Below are positions 14,201 through 26,049 of a DNA stretch of 64,000 nt, piece by piece. The position numbers and the translations under genes were made by a program. Origin of the DNA: Paragordius varius (taxonomy: Eukaryota; Animalia; Nematomorpha). Numbering within the stretch: position 1 is the first letter of the stretch; every line of letters starts with the position of its first letter. Below the pieces are notes generated by a model, which was not told where the DNA came from, ran no database searches, and was given only the letters and a program-made list of their open reading frames with translations. Location of the stretch: NCBI GenBank assembly GCA_964247055.1, contig OZ176055.1, positions 2,046,001 through 2,110,000 on the forward strand. The letters are read 5' to 3'.

Positions 14201-16658
14201 TGTCAATGTACGCCAGGACATACCTACAACATACATAGCAATGAATGTCAAAAAGAGGTTTGTAACATTGGGAGCGGAGCCGGGTGTGATGGACCAAATG
14301 AAATTTGCATAGCTGATAAAATTCAGGGGACCCGTTGTGAATGCAGACCGGGATTCATTCGATACCCACAAAGTATGCCATCATTCTTAATCTTGGGAAT
14401 TTTGTCAAATCAAACTCTAAACTCGATATACAGTAAATAATTGTATTGTTAATAAGCATAATTTATCAAATAATCAATAAATTGCAACTATGCGGAGACA
14501 GCAGACTTTAAAGCCACCTTGACAGATAAGGGTTTTATATACCCATTTTTTGCAAAACTTATTTATTCACAACAACCAAGTTTAAACATTACTCAACATG
14601 TGTCAAAATAAAAATAATTTTGTATATCTATTTTTTATGTTCTTTAGATAATAATTTCTGCACGCCCAATGAATGCGGACCAGACGGGCAATCCTGTGGT
14701 CGCAATGAAGAGTGCGTATTTTTAAACGAATCTAATAATCGTCGTTTACAGTGTCAATGTCAATCGGGTTTCATTAAGCATCCACAAACGCGACAATGTG
14801 TCCGAGTTGATTGTGACATAAATACTAATCAAGGTAAAGCTGGTTCAATAAAAAATACAGTAAAAATTAAAGTAATAAAAGCGAAACGTAAAAACTCAAA
14901 GACTGGAAACAATATTTTTGGTTCTTGTTTATGACCCCTTATTAATATCGATTGTGAAATATAGAGTTGAGTGTCTTAAATGATCAAAATATGATGGTTG
15001 TCCTTATAAAATATATTAATTTTTTACTTTTTAGGTATGCATTGTCTTTATAAATTTAATGTTTACTGAATCTTACTATTTATTTTAATAAAAAATCGAA
15101 TACTTTTTAATCAAATTTTTGGATAAAATATTTTTTTCTTTGCCAAAATTTTTTATAAAACCAATAATTAAAATTAAAACTCATTTAGGATGTCGTCAAA
15201 ATGAGGTTTGCATCGTTCTTTCTGGCCAAAATAATGGATTACCCTTTTGTGAATGTAAATCACCCCAATTTTATCGGATTGGAGATGTGTGTGTTCCAGG
15301 AAACTGTAACCCCTTGGACAACTCAGGTTGCGGCCCAGGTCAAATCTGTAAGATTGATAACTCTTTACAAAAATTGGGGGATGGGCCAAAAGCTTACTGT
15401 GTTTGTGCTAAAGGGTATCATTTTGCCTATATATAAGTATTTACGCAATTTTTGTTTTTTTATCGATAAAATTTTTTATCTTATGATGACAGAATATATA
15501 TCAAAAATAGCTTTAAACAATATAAAATGCATTCGATTTAACCTTTTTGTTGACAATTAAGCGATATCGTTACTAGAAATTTTTAAAATTTCCATAACAC
15601 ACACACCCCAAAGATAATTTGGAAATTTTAAAAATAATCCACAATAAAATCTAAAATTTTATTTCAATAAATTCATTCAGCCCATATACTTTAATATCAT
15701 GTAATTGTAGATATTTAAAAGTCAATCCACAAAATCTACCCGCAAACGGAGGCATTAAAAGTTCAGAGTTGGGGAATCAGGCTGAAATTTGTGTCCCTGC
15801 TGAATGTTCTCCATACGCTCCGGCCCATACTTCTGAGAGCTCCTCGGCATTTGGAAGTGGGAAAAATGCTCTTGTATCAGAAAACCAAAATTTTAAGGTA
15901 TAAAAATTGTATATAAATGGACTAAAAGTTAGATTTTGTTTGAAATTTATGCGGTAAAATTTTTCTAAAATTAAATATAACTTTAGGTTGTTTTTACCGA
16001 TTGGATATAAAAATATTGGATTCGTGTATACGGCGTAAATAAGGTAGAAAACAAAAATAGATATATTGTCAATATTTTGCATTATCAGGATAAATTTGAG
16101 ATTTTAGTGAATTTTTTATATTTTCCTCCGTTTTTCACGACGACGGATGTATGCATCTTATTTAATGAACCTTCGTCCCACACAATAATTATTAAAAAAT
16201 TATATAAACTCATATTTTTAAACAAAATAACATGATGTAAACTAATTAAAGCATTAAAGTTAAACATTTTTTAATATAAATAATTTTTTTTAGGTCACTA
16301 CAACACTATTTGGTCAATGCCCATTCAATGAACGATGTGCATTTGTGCTCAACAAAATAGGCAAAGCCGGACAATACAAATGCGTTTGTAATGAAAATTA
16401 CATTCGAATTCCCGCCGAAACTGGTATTTGTTATAGGGCTGAATGCGAACCAGCTACTAATCGAGGATGCAATAAACCCGAAATATGTTCCTTGATTGGT
16501 ATGAAAAATAACTTAGCTTTGTGAATGTTTCGATTTAACTCTTGCTTTTTAGATTCATACAATAGTTAGGATAGGACAAAAATTATAGAGTAATTTTTAT
16601 ATCAAATGAAGTTACTGTATTTTGTTGAAAATTTCGTAATAGCATTAATTATCCCCAA

Positions 16659-16698
<40 letters not shown>

Positions 16699-19600
16699 GC
16701 ATTTATATCAATTATAAGACTATTTAACAGAGTTTTTTATCCAAATTATTATATCGTCTATCTGAATTAATTATCAAAATGAATTTAATATAAATTAAGC
16801 ATTATTGTTAAACTTTTATGATAAATTTTATGCGCTCAATTATTTACTATTTCAAGGTAACATTGTCAAATGCATTTGTCCATACAATTACCGAAAATTG
16901 TCAGATCACCCGGGTGCTCCTTGTGTTTATGCCACGTGTGACCCAATCAGTAATGAAGGATGTGGACTGAATGAGGTTTGTCGCGCTTTCCCCGCCAAAA
17001 ATGAAATCAAATGTGTTTGCATTGCCGGTTATGTTCGGAGCAATGATGAGGAATGTGTAGGTATGAGATGGAAATATTTTCCCAAGAAATATAATTTAGC
17101 TTTTTGAATCAATTAAATATCAAAATGGTGGTTTAACCCAGTGGTACTTGAACCGCGGTCCTTAAAGTGCTATTTTATTGCCCTAAATGCTTAATTAAAT
17201 TTTTTTATGTACTCATTAGTACAATATATGCAAATGTGTCAAACAGCTGTGAAAAATTTATATTATATGGTGCACGGCCCTTGAGACTAGATAAATATAT
17301 TTTGTGGTCCTTCAAATTTTTACTGAGTACCACTGGTTTAGCCCATTTATTTTTTTCAACTTTCTTTAATACGTTTTCTATTCATTGTCAACTACAGAAA
17401 TCGAAAAACCAAAACCGCCAGCGGAAGTCATTGAATATTGTAAGTTTGAGGATGAACAACTCATTAAATGTCCACCTTACAGTGAATGCATAATTATCAA
17501 CGGGGTTCCATTGTGCCGTTGTCTCCCAGGCTACATCAAAGATAATGCCGGGAATTGCATAGGTTATATTCCTACTTTGTTTTAAATTTAAAGACATGTG
17601 ATAAAAATGGTTTACCATTTTTAATTCTGTAAATTAATATTTTAGATAGGCTAATGCTATTTTAATAAGAAAGCAAAATTGAATCAATTAAAAGTTTAAG
17701 CTTATGTCTGTAAAAAAAAATATTATTTTATAAACTTTTGAAAAATATTTGTTATGATAGGTAAATGGGACACTACTATAGTTACTCCGACTTATACCTG
17801 GCCAACACTACCTCCTGTCATTTTAAATACAACTTTGAGTGTCATTGAAACTACAGAAATTATAACTAAAACATCAATAATTATTATACCAACGTGTGAT
17901 ACTTATACTTGCGGACCTAATCAGCTCTGTAAAATTGGACCAGATGGACTCCCTTTTTGTGAATGTATCGCTGGTTTTACGCAAGGAAATAATGGGACTT
18001 GCATTTTAAGTGAGTACCAAAAAAATGATGTTTTAACTAACCTCTATAAGCGTATTGAAATCTAAAAATAAAGCTTTTTTGAATTGATACTACTGTATAA
18101 AATTTATTTATATATTTTGTATTTCCTATGAAAATTAGTAGTACCTGTAACAACTGGTGTGACGGATGCCATAATCCTACGTAAGATTTTAGCTAGTTTA
18201 CTATGATTTTATATAACATATATATAATTTAACGCTTAATTTTATCTGGATTTTAGGGTAGGATTAGGGATGATCATATTTTAATAAATGGTTTCTCGGG
18301 CCGCATTTAAAAAAGTGAAAAAAAATTTGCGTTAATGAAATTCAGTTAGAGGATAAAATATGTTTTATAAAATATTTAACCGCTTAAAAATTACAAACCC
18401 TTAAGTGTACAATCAATGGTGTTTCATTTTAGTATAAATTTTTTATGTAAATTAATTTTAAGGCTACAAATGATATTCATTTTAGTATAATTTTAAATAA
18501 GATTTTATTGAATAGTTTTACATATTAAGGAATTTCGATTTCATTTGAAATTTTTTCATCTCCGAGAGCCCGACAAAAAATTGGGAAAGCCGCGCGTCAG
18601 ATCCTGTTATAAAGAGTAATTGTGAATAAAGTTCATATCTAGGCCATTTTAATTATTTTTTACTCCATAATACCGTTAAATCAAATAATTTTATGATAAA
18701 CTAACTAACTATTTTTTTGCCATGTGTTAGCTTGCGACGATGAATACTGTACGTATCACGGGGTGTGTCGCTTAAACGCGGACGGGACCCGATACTGTGA
18801 ATGTGAACGGTGGTGGATTGGGAGACAATGTCAACACAATGGACGACTCATAGCTATTTTAGCGCCTCTCTTGCTCGGTCTTTTATTGCTTTTATGCTGT
18901 TGCCTTTTACCGCTTTGTTGGTGGTTTAGTAGAAGGAGAAAGCGTAGGTTAGCGGAAAATATGCAGTTTGCTAATGAGGTATAATTTTGCTTTCACAGGG
19001 CATTTTAACATTCTAAAAGGGTTTGTAAAGGACAAAAATATAGTTATTTCATTATTTTTGAGAAAAAATATTAAACATAAACTTTTTTGGCTAAATCATA
19101 TTGTATTGTCTTAAATATGAATAAATATAAGCATATCTTTTGTTATTCTTAAAACGAATTCATAGAAATTTTAATAAATTGTTATGTAAAAATATTTTAT
19201 AGGGTTTGGGAGATTATGGTAAAATGGTACCCTATACAATACCTAGGCCAATGGTAGCTCCAGTATGTTGTTAAATTTCTATAATTATGTCGTTATAAAT
19301 ACTTAAAATTTATTTTAAAATGTTTTAGGAAACACTATCAGTCCTGGAACAAGAAAGGGAAATAGCTCCAAGTAATTTTTATAAAAATATTTTGTCATTA
19401 TATTAAATAAATATTTAATAAAAATAACTTAAATTTATAATTTTAGGAGGCTACGTAAAACCCGAAGAGACGACAGAAATTACTGAAGAAACTACAACGG
19501 AGGAATGGAAACGGACCTATAAACGACCTAAAAAACGTAACTTATACAGTTATAACTAGAGAAAAAAACGAAAAAACATTTTCTTTATTTTACCCATTAA

Positions 19601-21085
19601 TTGTTTAATTTATAACTGTGGAAGTTTTGAAAACAAAAACTTAGCAAATATTAAAAAGTATAAGCTATTTTTGTTCTTTTTTGTGACAAAAATATTAGGA
19701 CCCTTGGTTAAACGAACGCTTACGGAGGATATCATTGAAGAAGAGACGGCTGAAATGGAGACGGGTGGTGTTGAAACAGATAATGAAAATGACGTTTATA
19801 TCAGCGGTGGAGGTTTAATGATAAAAACTTTTTCAATACATTTTATTGAATGATTTACGCCCCTACACCTCAAATTCTCTTTTGAACATTTTGAATTCAC
19901 CCACCTTAAACAAAATAGGTGTTTTTGAGCTAATTTAATATATTATTGTGATATGAAATATATTGTAATGGCATAGTTGTTTATCATTTTTTTGTATAAT
20001 TATATATAAATTTAAAAAAAAATTTATTTTTTTTATACATCAAAAAATTTAGGTAAGGTTGTTTTTCCAAAACATAATAATTTATTTTTAGGGTGAATTT
20101 AAAATGTTCAAGGGTGAATTTGTGGTAATAGAATATATTAAAATCAAGTGCAATTTTTTGTAAAATATCTTAAAAACATGCTGAGATAAAATTGTTTGCC
20201 TAGGTCAACGTTGGATAAAAGGGAACGGAGGTGCCCAAAATAATGTTCAAACTACTTCTAAACCCACAAACAGTAGTTCACGATATTACAAAGAATATTC
20301 TTCATCATCCTCTACGAATCCAGTACATATATCATTTATTTAATAATACCACATATTTATAATTTTTAATATAATAATCGTATTTTATTTAATATGTGTA
20401 TGTATAGAGTAAATATTAAAATTATGCAGACGAACAAATATTTTTATTTTATAACACTATACTTATATAAACTTTATTTTTATTTATATCTAACACATTG
20501 TTTTAAACTGCAAAGTATGAAATAGAGATGTTAATTGGTAACACAATTATATATACAGTCATGTATCCTTTGTTTTATCAAAAATTATTTTTTCGTTAAA
20601 TGGGTATAAATATTTGGTAAAGAATGGAAAAAACAAGAGATTAACAATACAAAAAAGTATAGGTATTACCATAGAGATCTTGTTTTTTCCATTCTTTACC
20701 AGATATTTATAACCATTTAACGAAAAAAAAAATTTTCGATAAAATAAAGAATACATGATTGTAATTACAATTTTAATTAAATCGTTTCGATAAAATTAAA
20801 AGAAGGCTCGCACTTGAAGAAAAAATTACCTTATAATTTTTAAGTTTCAATTTATTATGGTTGTTTTTATTCAAATTTTAGAATCAAAGTAGCGAAAATA
20901 CAACAGCATCCACAAATAATTACAATGTGGATAGCAGGTACAACAATAAACTTTATGGGCCCCAACCTGTCATTGTAAATCGATTGGAACGGAATGAATA
21001 TCCTGACAGTTCTTATGAATATCGGGAAGAGCTGCCAACACATTACCGCCCAGGTTTCGATAACTATGGGTACGAAAGATCATAA
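5205..21085 (+). CDS. Type I membrane protein: signal peptide, 3 SEA domains, about 16 EGF-like modules, Thr-rich stalk, TM helix, long cytoplasmic tail
   Basis: Phase-consistent GT-AG exons: 5205-5313 (MKPFKIQLFQILTALIAVFCNGVLG), 9274-9404, 9838-10078, 10363-10490, 10875-11118, 11547-11656, 11943-12182 (SEA x3, e.g. LFYDSELKNSNSAKFQ..LAANNGFLGSTDLFV), 12545-12704, 12893-12985, 13080-13277, 13701-14372, 14648-14833, 15189-15414, 15711-15897, 16294-16498, 16857-17060, 17398-17562, 17761-18009, 18139-18180, 18731-18978 (EGF + TM LIAILAPLLLGLLLLLCCCLLPLCWWF + RRRKRR), 19203-19262, 19329-19371, 19447-19536, 19699-19812, 20204-20322, 20882-21085 (stop TAA). Confidence 0.9.
7290..7690. mobile_element. 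Dispersed repeat homologous to the TTAA-flanked element at 57200-57711
   Basis: Colinear similarity over about 400 bp (catgacttttgggggtagttttg..., ctcaaactttttacgccattttttctataattttttttaaatcgct..., ttttaggctctagaaatcacataactgtaaaatatt). Confidence 0.55.
8120..8363. mobile_element. piggyBac-like MITE (TTAA-flanked)
   Basis: TTAA|CACTTCG..ttggggtatctaaataccccagac ... gtctagggtatccaacaaccccaa..CCAAGTG|TTAA. Confidence 0.6.
12190..12439. mobile_element. MITE family B, degenerate copy
   Basis: Right arm ttttgtccgtatatttttattttttactg|ta is clear; the left arm is degenerate. Confidence 0.5.
17139..17335. mobile_element. hAT (Charlie-like) MITE
   Basis: Terminal repeats CAGTGGTACTTGA / CTGAGTACCACTG; 8-bp flanks gtttaacc / gtttagcc (7 of 8 identical); internal gcggtcc/cggccc motifs. 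Related fragments lie near 18290-18605, 45584-45720, 51825-51860, 61148-61196 and 61497-61522. Confidence 0.7.
19864..20127. mobile_element. MITE family A copy
   Basis: caaattctcttttgaacattttgaattcacc ... tttttagggtgaatttaaaatgttcaagggtgaatttgtggta. Confidence 0.6.
20556..20761. mobile_element. Fold-back MITE (arms of about 85 bp, TA-flanked)
   Basis: ta|cagtcatgtatcctttgttttatc...ggtaaagaatggaaaaaacaaga [loop] tcttgttttttccattctttacc...gataaaataaagaatacatgattg|ta. Confidence 0.75.
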
Positions 21086-24000
21086 CTATTTTCCACAAAC
21101 AAACAAAAACGCTGTAGAAAAATTTATGTCCGAAATTCAAACTATAGTAGTTATGATTGCAAGATTTGACAAATACACGAGATAATATATACCCTTTTTG
21201 ACTACATTAATGAAAAAAGCATTTGCATAAATCTCACACTTTGCCATTTATTGAAAGCATTATTCACACTAAGCATCTTATTTTGAAATTATTACATGGG
21301 TACGTTCTTGCATTTCGAAACCAACTACCTACCATTTTATGGAAAAAAATAAACTCAATTTTTAATAAAGTTTTTCTATATATTAAATATTTTATGGATC
21401 TTGAATCACATTTCACATCTTTATTTAACGCGATTTCTGTATATATTCAATTATTATAAATGTGCTCAATTGATATTCTCACACATCCCAGAACTTAGAT
21501 ATACATATTATTGTTTTTTAAATTATATTTTACATTTTTATTATTATACAAGTATGATGAATAAAATATTTTTTTTCTGAATATAGTAAGGTCTTATAGA
21601 TAAAATTATCTATCTACCTTACTTTAATACGTAAGGGTATATACCAGGGTTCACCGTTACCATTTGGATTCTGCTACGCGTTTTCGCTAAAATAATAAGG
21701 TCATGGTTTAAATTTCTGTCTCGCTTATATTTAGGGAAGCTTTACATCAAAGATGTCCACAAATGGCTTCCTCTGCCGCATTTTTCATTAAAAAAAACGA
21801 CGGGCCGTATTTGCGAAATATATGGGCATATATTAATATTTTATAACATAAGATTGTAAAAAAAATACTGTGTTTTTTGCTGAAATTCTTGAAGACATAT
21901 TTAAAACATTGTTTGGTAAAAGCAATTTTAATAAAATTTTGTATTTTTTTTTGAAATTTCTGGGGGTATGCCTAAATATTTTGGAGAGGCGCGATGATAC
22001 CCCGAATTTAGATGCATAGTATCATAAAAAAAGAATGGGTATCTTGTATCAAATAATTTTATTATAATAAAAATATTTTTTAGGAATGCTTTTTGAATCG
22101 TTTCTAGAGTTAACGGTTAGTTTTGGTAAAAATAAAAAATATTAATTATTTTTAAATATGAAAAAAATTTGGGCAAAAATTATTATAAATTTAGCAAACT
22201 TTGAAATCTATTATTTAATAAAATTAAAAAGTCTAAAGTTTTATATATAAATTTCCACATTTTTACCATATAATACGGTTCAATAAAACTCTACCAAGAG
22301 ATTAAAGTATATTTTTCCATTGAATGTATAATTCAAAATATATTAAATATTTTAATCGCCCATCACGGCATTTTTGCATTTTTGAATAAAACTATCAATG
22401 AAGGCCGAATTTGAGATTTTTAGAGCAATTTAATACGCAAACAATTATATAAATTATGGAAGAATGGCAAAGTTTGCGTTTCAATATGGAGAAATACTGC
22501 AAAAGTGGCTTTAATTTTTTAAAATCATTTAAGGCCCAAAATAAACACATAAGAATCCTGATGCTTTTTTAGCAGAAAGTAAATATTCTATTAACATATT
22601 TATCTTCTTGATTTGGACTATATCAAAACAACATTTGAATTGATGGATGACCCTAGCCCAGGAATTTATATGATATATGTGTTGAAATTATTTTAAAGTA
22701 TGTGCCTATATAAAACATCGATTCACAATTTAAACATAATCAAAATTAATGGATACTCCATATTTTTATTTGTAGCATTGCATAAGTTACATCAATCATA
22801 GTTATATTTCTAATTCTTCAAGTATTTATGTTAGCAATATAATTTAAAAAACTTCGTAAATGTTAAAAGGTAAATTTAAATCCTAAATATTTGTATCTTT
22901 TTCCCAAAAAACAATGTAAATGTTTAATCAAAAATTTTTTAAGATAGAAGCAAAAATTTTACTTTAAATTTTGCCATTATTTGAATAATATCATTTAAAG
23001 TTGGCTGGCGAAAATTAATTACTCCCGTTTGGGCATCCTATCAAAAAGCGATATTGGAGTCTTAAATTTTAATTTAGCATCTTAAAAAAACATAAGGCCT
23101 GATATTAATAATTGAGCAATATTTTAGTTTGATCTAATTAAACAAATTATTTACGTCTTATAATTATGTTTTACATATGGCTTTTCATTCATATGTAAAT
23201 TAAGCTGTGAATTTTACCGTGTATAAATTCGTCTGCTACAGGTATGTCATTTTTTAAATTATACCTTTTATGATAAAATAAACTGTTGTTTATATATTTT
23301 TTTGGATATATATTTAATTGATATTTATATTCGAATTTGGCTTCTAGATTTATGAATAAATTAAAAAAATTGACTAATTTTTATTTGTTTTGTCCTTTTC
23401 TATTATATAACGTTATGAAAGCTTTAGGACATTTAAGCATATTTTAGATTTTTTAAAAAAAATATTTTTTTGCGCATTTATTTTTATTAATATATATTAT
23501 GTAATGAATGGATACTTTGTATACTTTCATATGTGATAATATAATTTATATACTTACCATCTATACCACCCATCTTAATTAAAACCATTTTAAATACATG
23601 TAATTTATTCCTCTCTATATAATTACCGTATATTATATGAATATTCTTAATTTGACCAGCTATTCTACAATTCCTTATAAAAAGTAAAATATTACTTAAA
23701 TGCCATATTTGATGAATATTTTTAAAAAATTTGAAAATTCAAAATTTTAACATGCTGTGCACATTTATAATAATCAAAGTAAACTCTAAAATTTTTAAAG
23801 ATAAAATCAAATTTTTTTATAAAAATAATATTTGCTAATTCTCTTAATTAGTGTTTATTAATAGCGTAATTTGAGAAAATATTCGCTATTACATTTTATT
23901 ATTGTAAGATAATCTTATGAATATGGTATGGTATTTTTAGGTATATTATATTAATTATTCTATACAATTTTCAGCAACAAAACAGTTACTTTGTACTTGT

Positions 24001-24484
24001 TTTTCTTTGTTAACTCATAAAAGAACCGAAATTAATATGTAAAGAAAGAAGTATTAAAGTAATAAGCTTAATAAATACATATTAGTTTAAAAAAAATTAA
24101 ACTTTTTTAGGTTTTTAGTCAATTTAGCGCACAGTTTTTTATTTTAAATAATGCAAATGATGCAAAATTAGTAGCTTATCAAAGGAATTAAAATTTTACC
24201 AAAATGTTAGTTATCAATTTAAACTTTATAATTAGTTTACTAGATCATAGAAAAATATCATTTTAATGACATAAAAATATTTTTGCAGTTAATATAAATG
24301 ACTTAATAAAAATCATCATTAGTTTTTTCATAAAAACTTACTAAAATTATATCTTTTGATTTATTTTTTCAATTCAATTTTGTGATCAGGATTGGAAAAA
24401 ATTTCCGTTTATAATTTTTATTCTTACGTTTTGGTTTAGAGCTTTTGAGGTAACAACTGCAACCTTTTTTTTCAAGTATATACA

Positions 24485-24588
24485 CAGTAGCGTATGGTAA
24501 AGAAAAAGGTTATTCCAAAATTAAATATAAATTTATCTTAAAAGTTGTTTGATTTCAACCATTAGTTGTTTTTAACCATACGCTACTG
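24485..24588. mobile_element. Short MITE with CAGTAGCGTATGG terminal repeats
   Basis: cagtagcgtatggtaa ... ttaaccatacgctactg|ta; same termini as the element at 57944-58120. Confidence 0.6.
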
Positions 24589-25731
24589 TATAAATAATAA
24601 GCAATTATTTTCTATAAAATCGTTTTGAAAATAGAAATTTTTATGCAATGATATTATGTATTTGAAGTGAAAGTTGTAATTTTATTCTTTTTCTATCATT
24701 ACCTTTTGTTGTTTTTATTAGCATGATTGATACTTGTGTGGAATTTTGGAGGATAAATATTTTAGAAAAATTGCTTAAAAAATTAATTCGATTTAATTTT
24801 AATTTTGGGTACATTTTCTACCATGTGGTCAAAAAACATTTTAATATACATTATTTCACTTACATTATATCTTTAGAATTAATTTATTTTGCTTTAAATT
24901 TTTGGCAAAAAACCCGATTTGAAAAGATTACTTAACTATTATATTAATTTTTTATTTTTTTTACCAAATTTAAAAATAATATAATTTATTTATTCAAAAT
25001 AATTATTGAAAAAATTACATTATATAAAGATCCTTTTACAAGAATTGTATTTAATAGAGATCATACAGGAAATTTATTTATACAATAAATGTCTTTTCAA
25101 TTGTATCCATGACAATACCACGTATAATTAATTATATATACTGTTATTGACTATTTTTTTGATATTTAAATTGACTTTTTTTTGCATGTTGCCTATATTT
25201 TATTGTATACTATTTTTACCTGGAAATTATATATACAGTAAAATAAATTTATAGCAATTAAATAATTATTTATTTATTTTTTAAAACATTTTTTTATTTG
25301 TTTTCTCATAAAATTTATATATTGTTGAAATAGCAACCAACAACCTAAAACACATTTTATATGATGTAATTAAATTAAGGAATTACTTACTACCTTTTTT
25401 TACAAGCACAGTTAAATATAAAATCATAATTTGTTCATAAAATATAAATTTTCACCTTTGCTAAAATATCTGGCAATATTTATTAGTTTTTTTTGAAGTT
25501 CATAATAAAATAAAATCATATATGATATTTTTTTTGATTTCATATATCTCTTCTGTTTCCTATAACATTTATATATTAACCTGTAGTTTTATTAAAAAGA
25601 AATTCAAAATTTTGATTTATTGTTATATATAAGATACATATATAATTTTTTTCAATTGTTTTTATATCTTTTTCTAATGTGCATGTAAAAGGCCATTTGC
25701 TGCGTATAAATTGCTATATTTCAAACTACAG

Positions 25732-25778
25732 GTGTAAATATATATTGATAATAACTAACTAAGGATAATAATAATAAG
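25732..25778 (+). other. Candidate 5'-UTR exon of the PHLDB-like gene
   Basis: actacag|GTG...AAG|gtaatt, followed by an acceptor ttttttag at 25977 ahead of ATG 26050; another candidate donor cag|gtatgt at 23242. Confidence 0.35.
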
Positions 25779-26049
25779 GTAATTATTGATTTTCTTTTTA
25801 AATATATATCCATATATATTTTATCTATTTTTTCGAACTCTTGCCTTTTTTTTCAATGGTCAATTACTTAATAACTTAAAAATTGTAACTTAAATGTATG
25901 CATTCGATAATTTATAGTATACTTTTGAACTTTTTTGCAAAATATAATTATATTTCTGGAATCAACCTATTTTTTAGCCAGCCAGTTCACAATGAATCGA
26001 TAAAAATTAATTTCCTGTTCTTGTAATACTATCATAAGACTCAACAACA

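Noticed and set aside
13902-14371. Overlapping ORFs 13902-14312 (+) and 14123-14371 (-)
   Set aside because: These are shadow frames of the Cys-rich EGF exon.
18254-18269. Telomere-like TTAGGG units
   Set aside because: Only two imperfectly spaced copies.
20563-20571. GTATCCTTT U12-like donor in the last intron of the SEA/EGF gene
   Set aside because: It lies within a MITE arm with no upstream exon edge or matching branch point, and the host intron has normal U2 sites.
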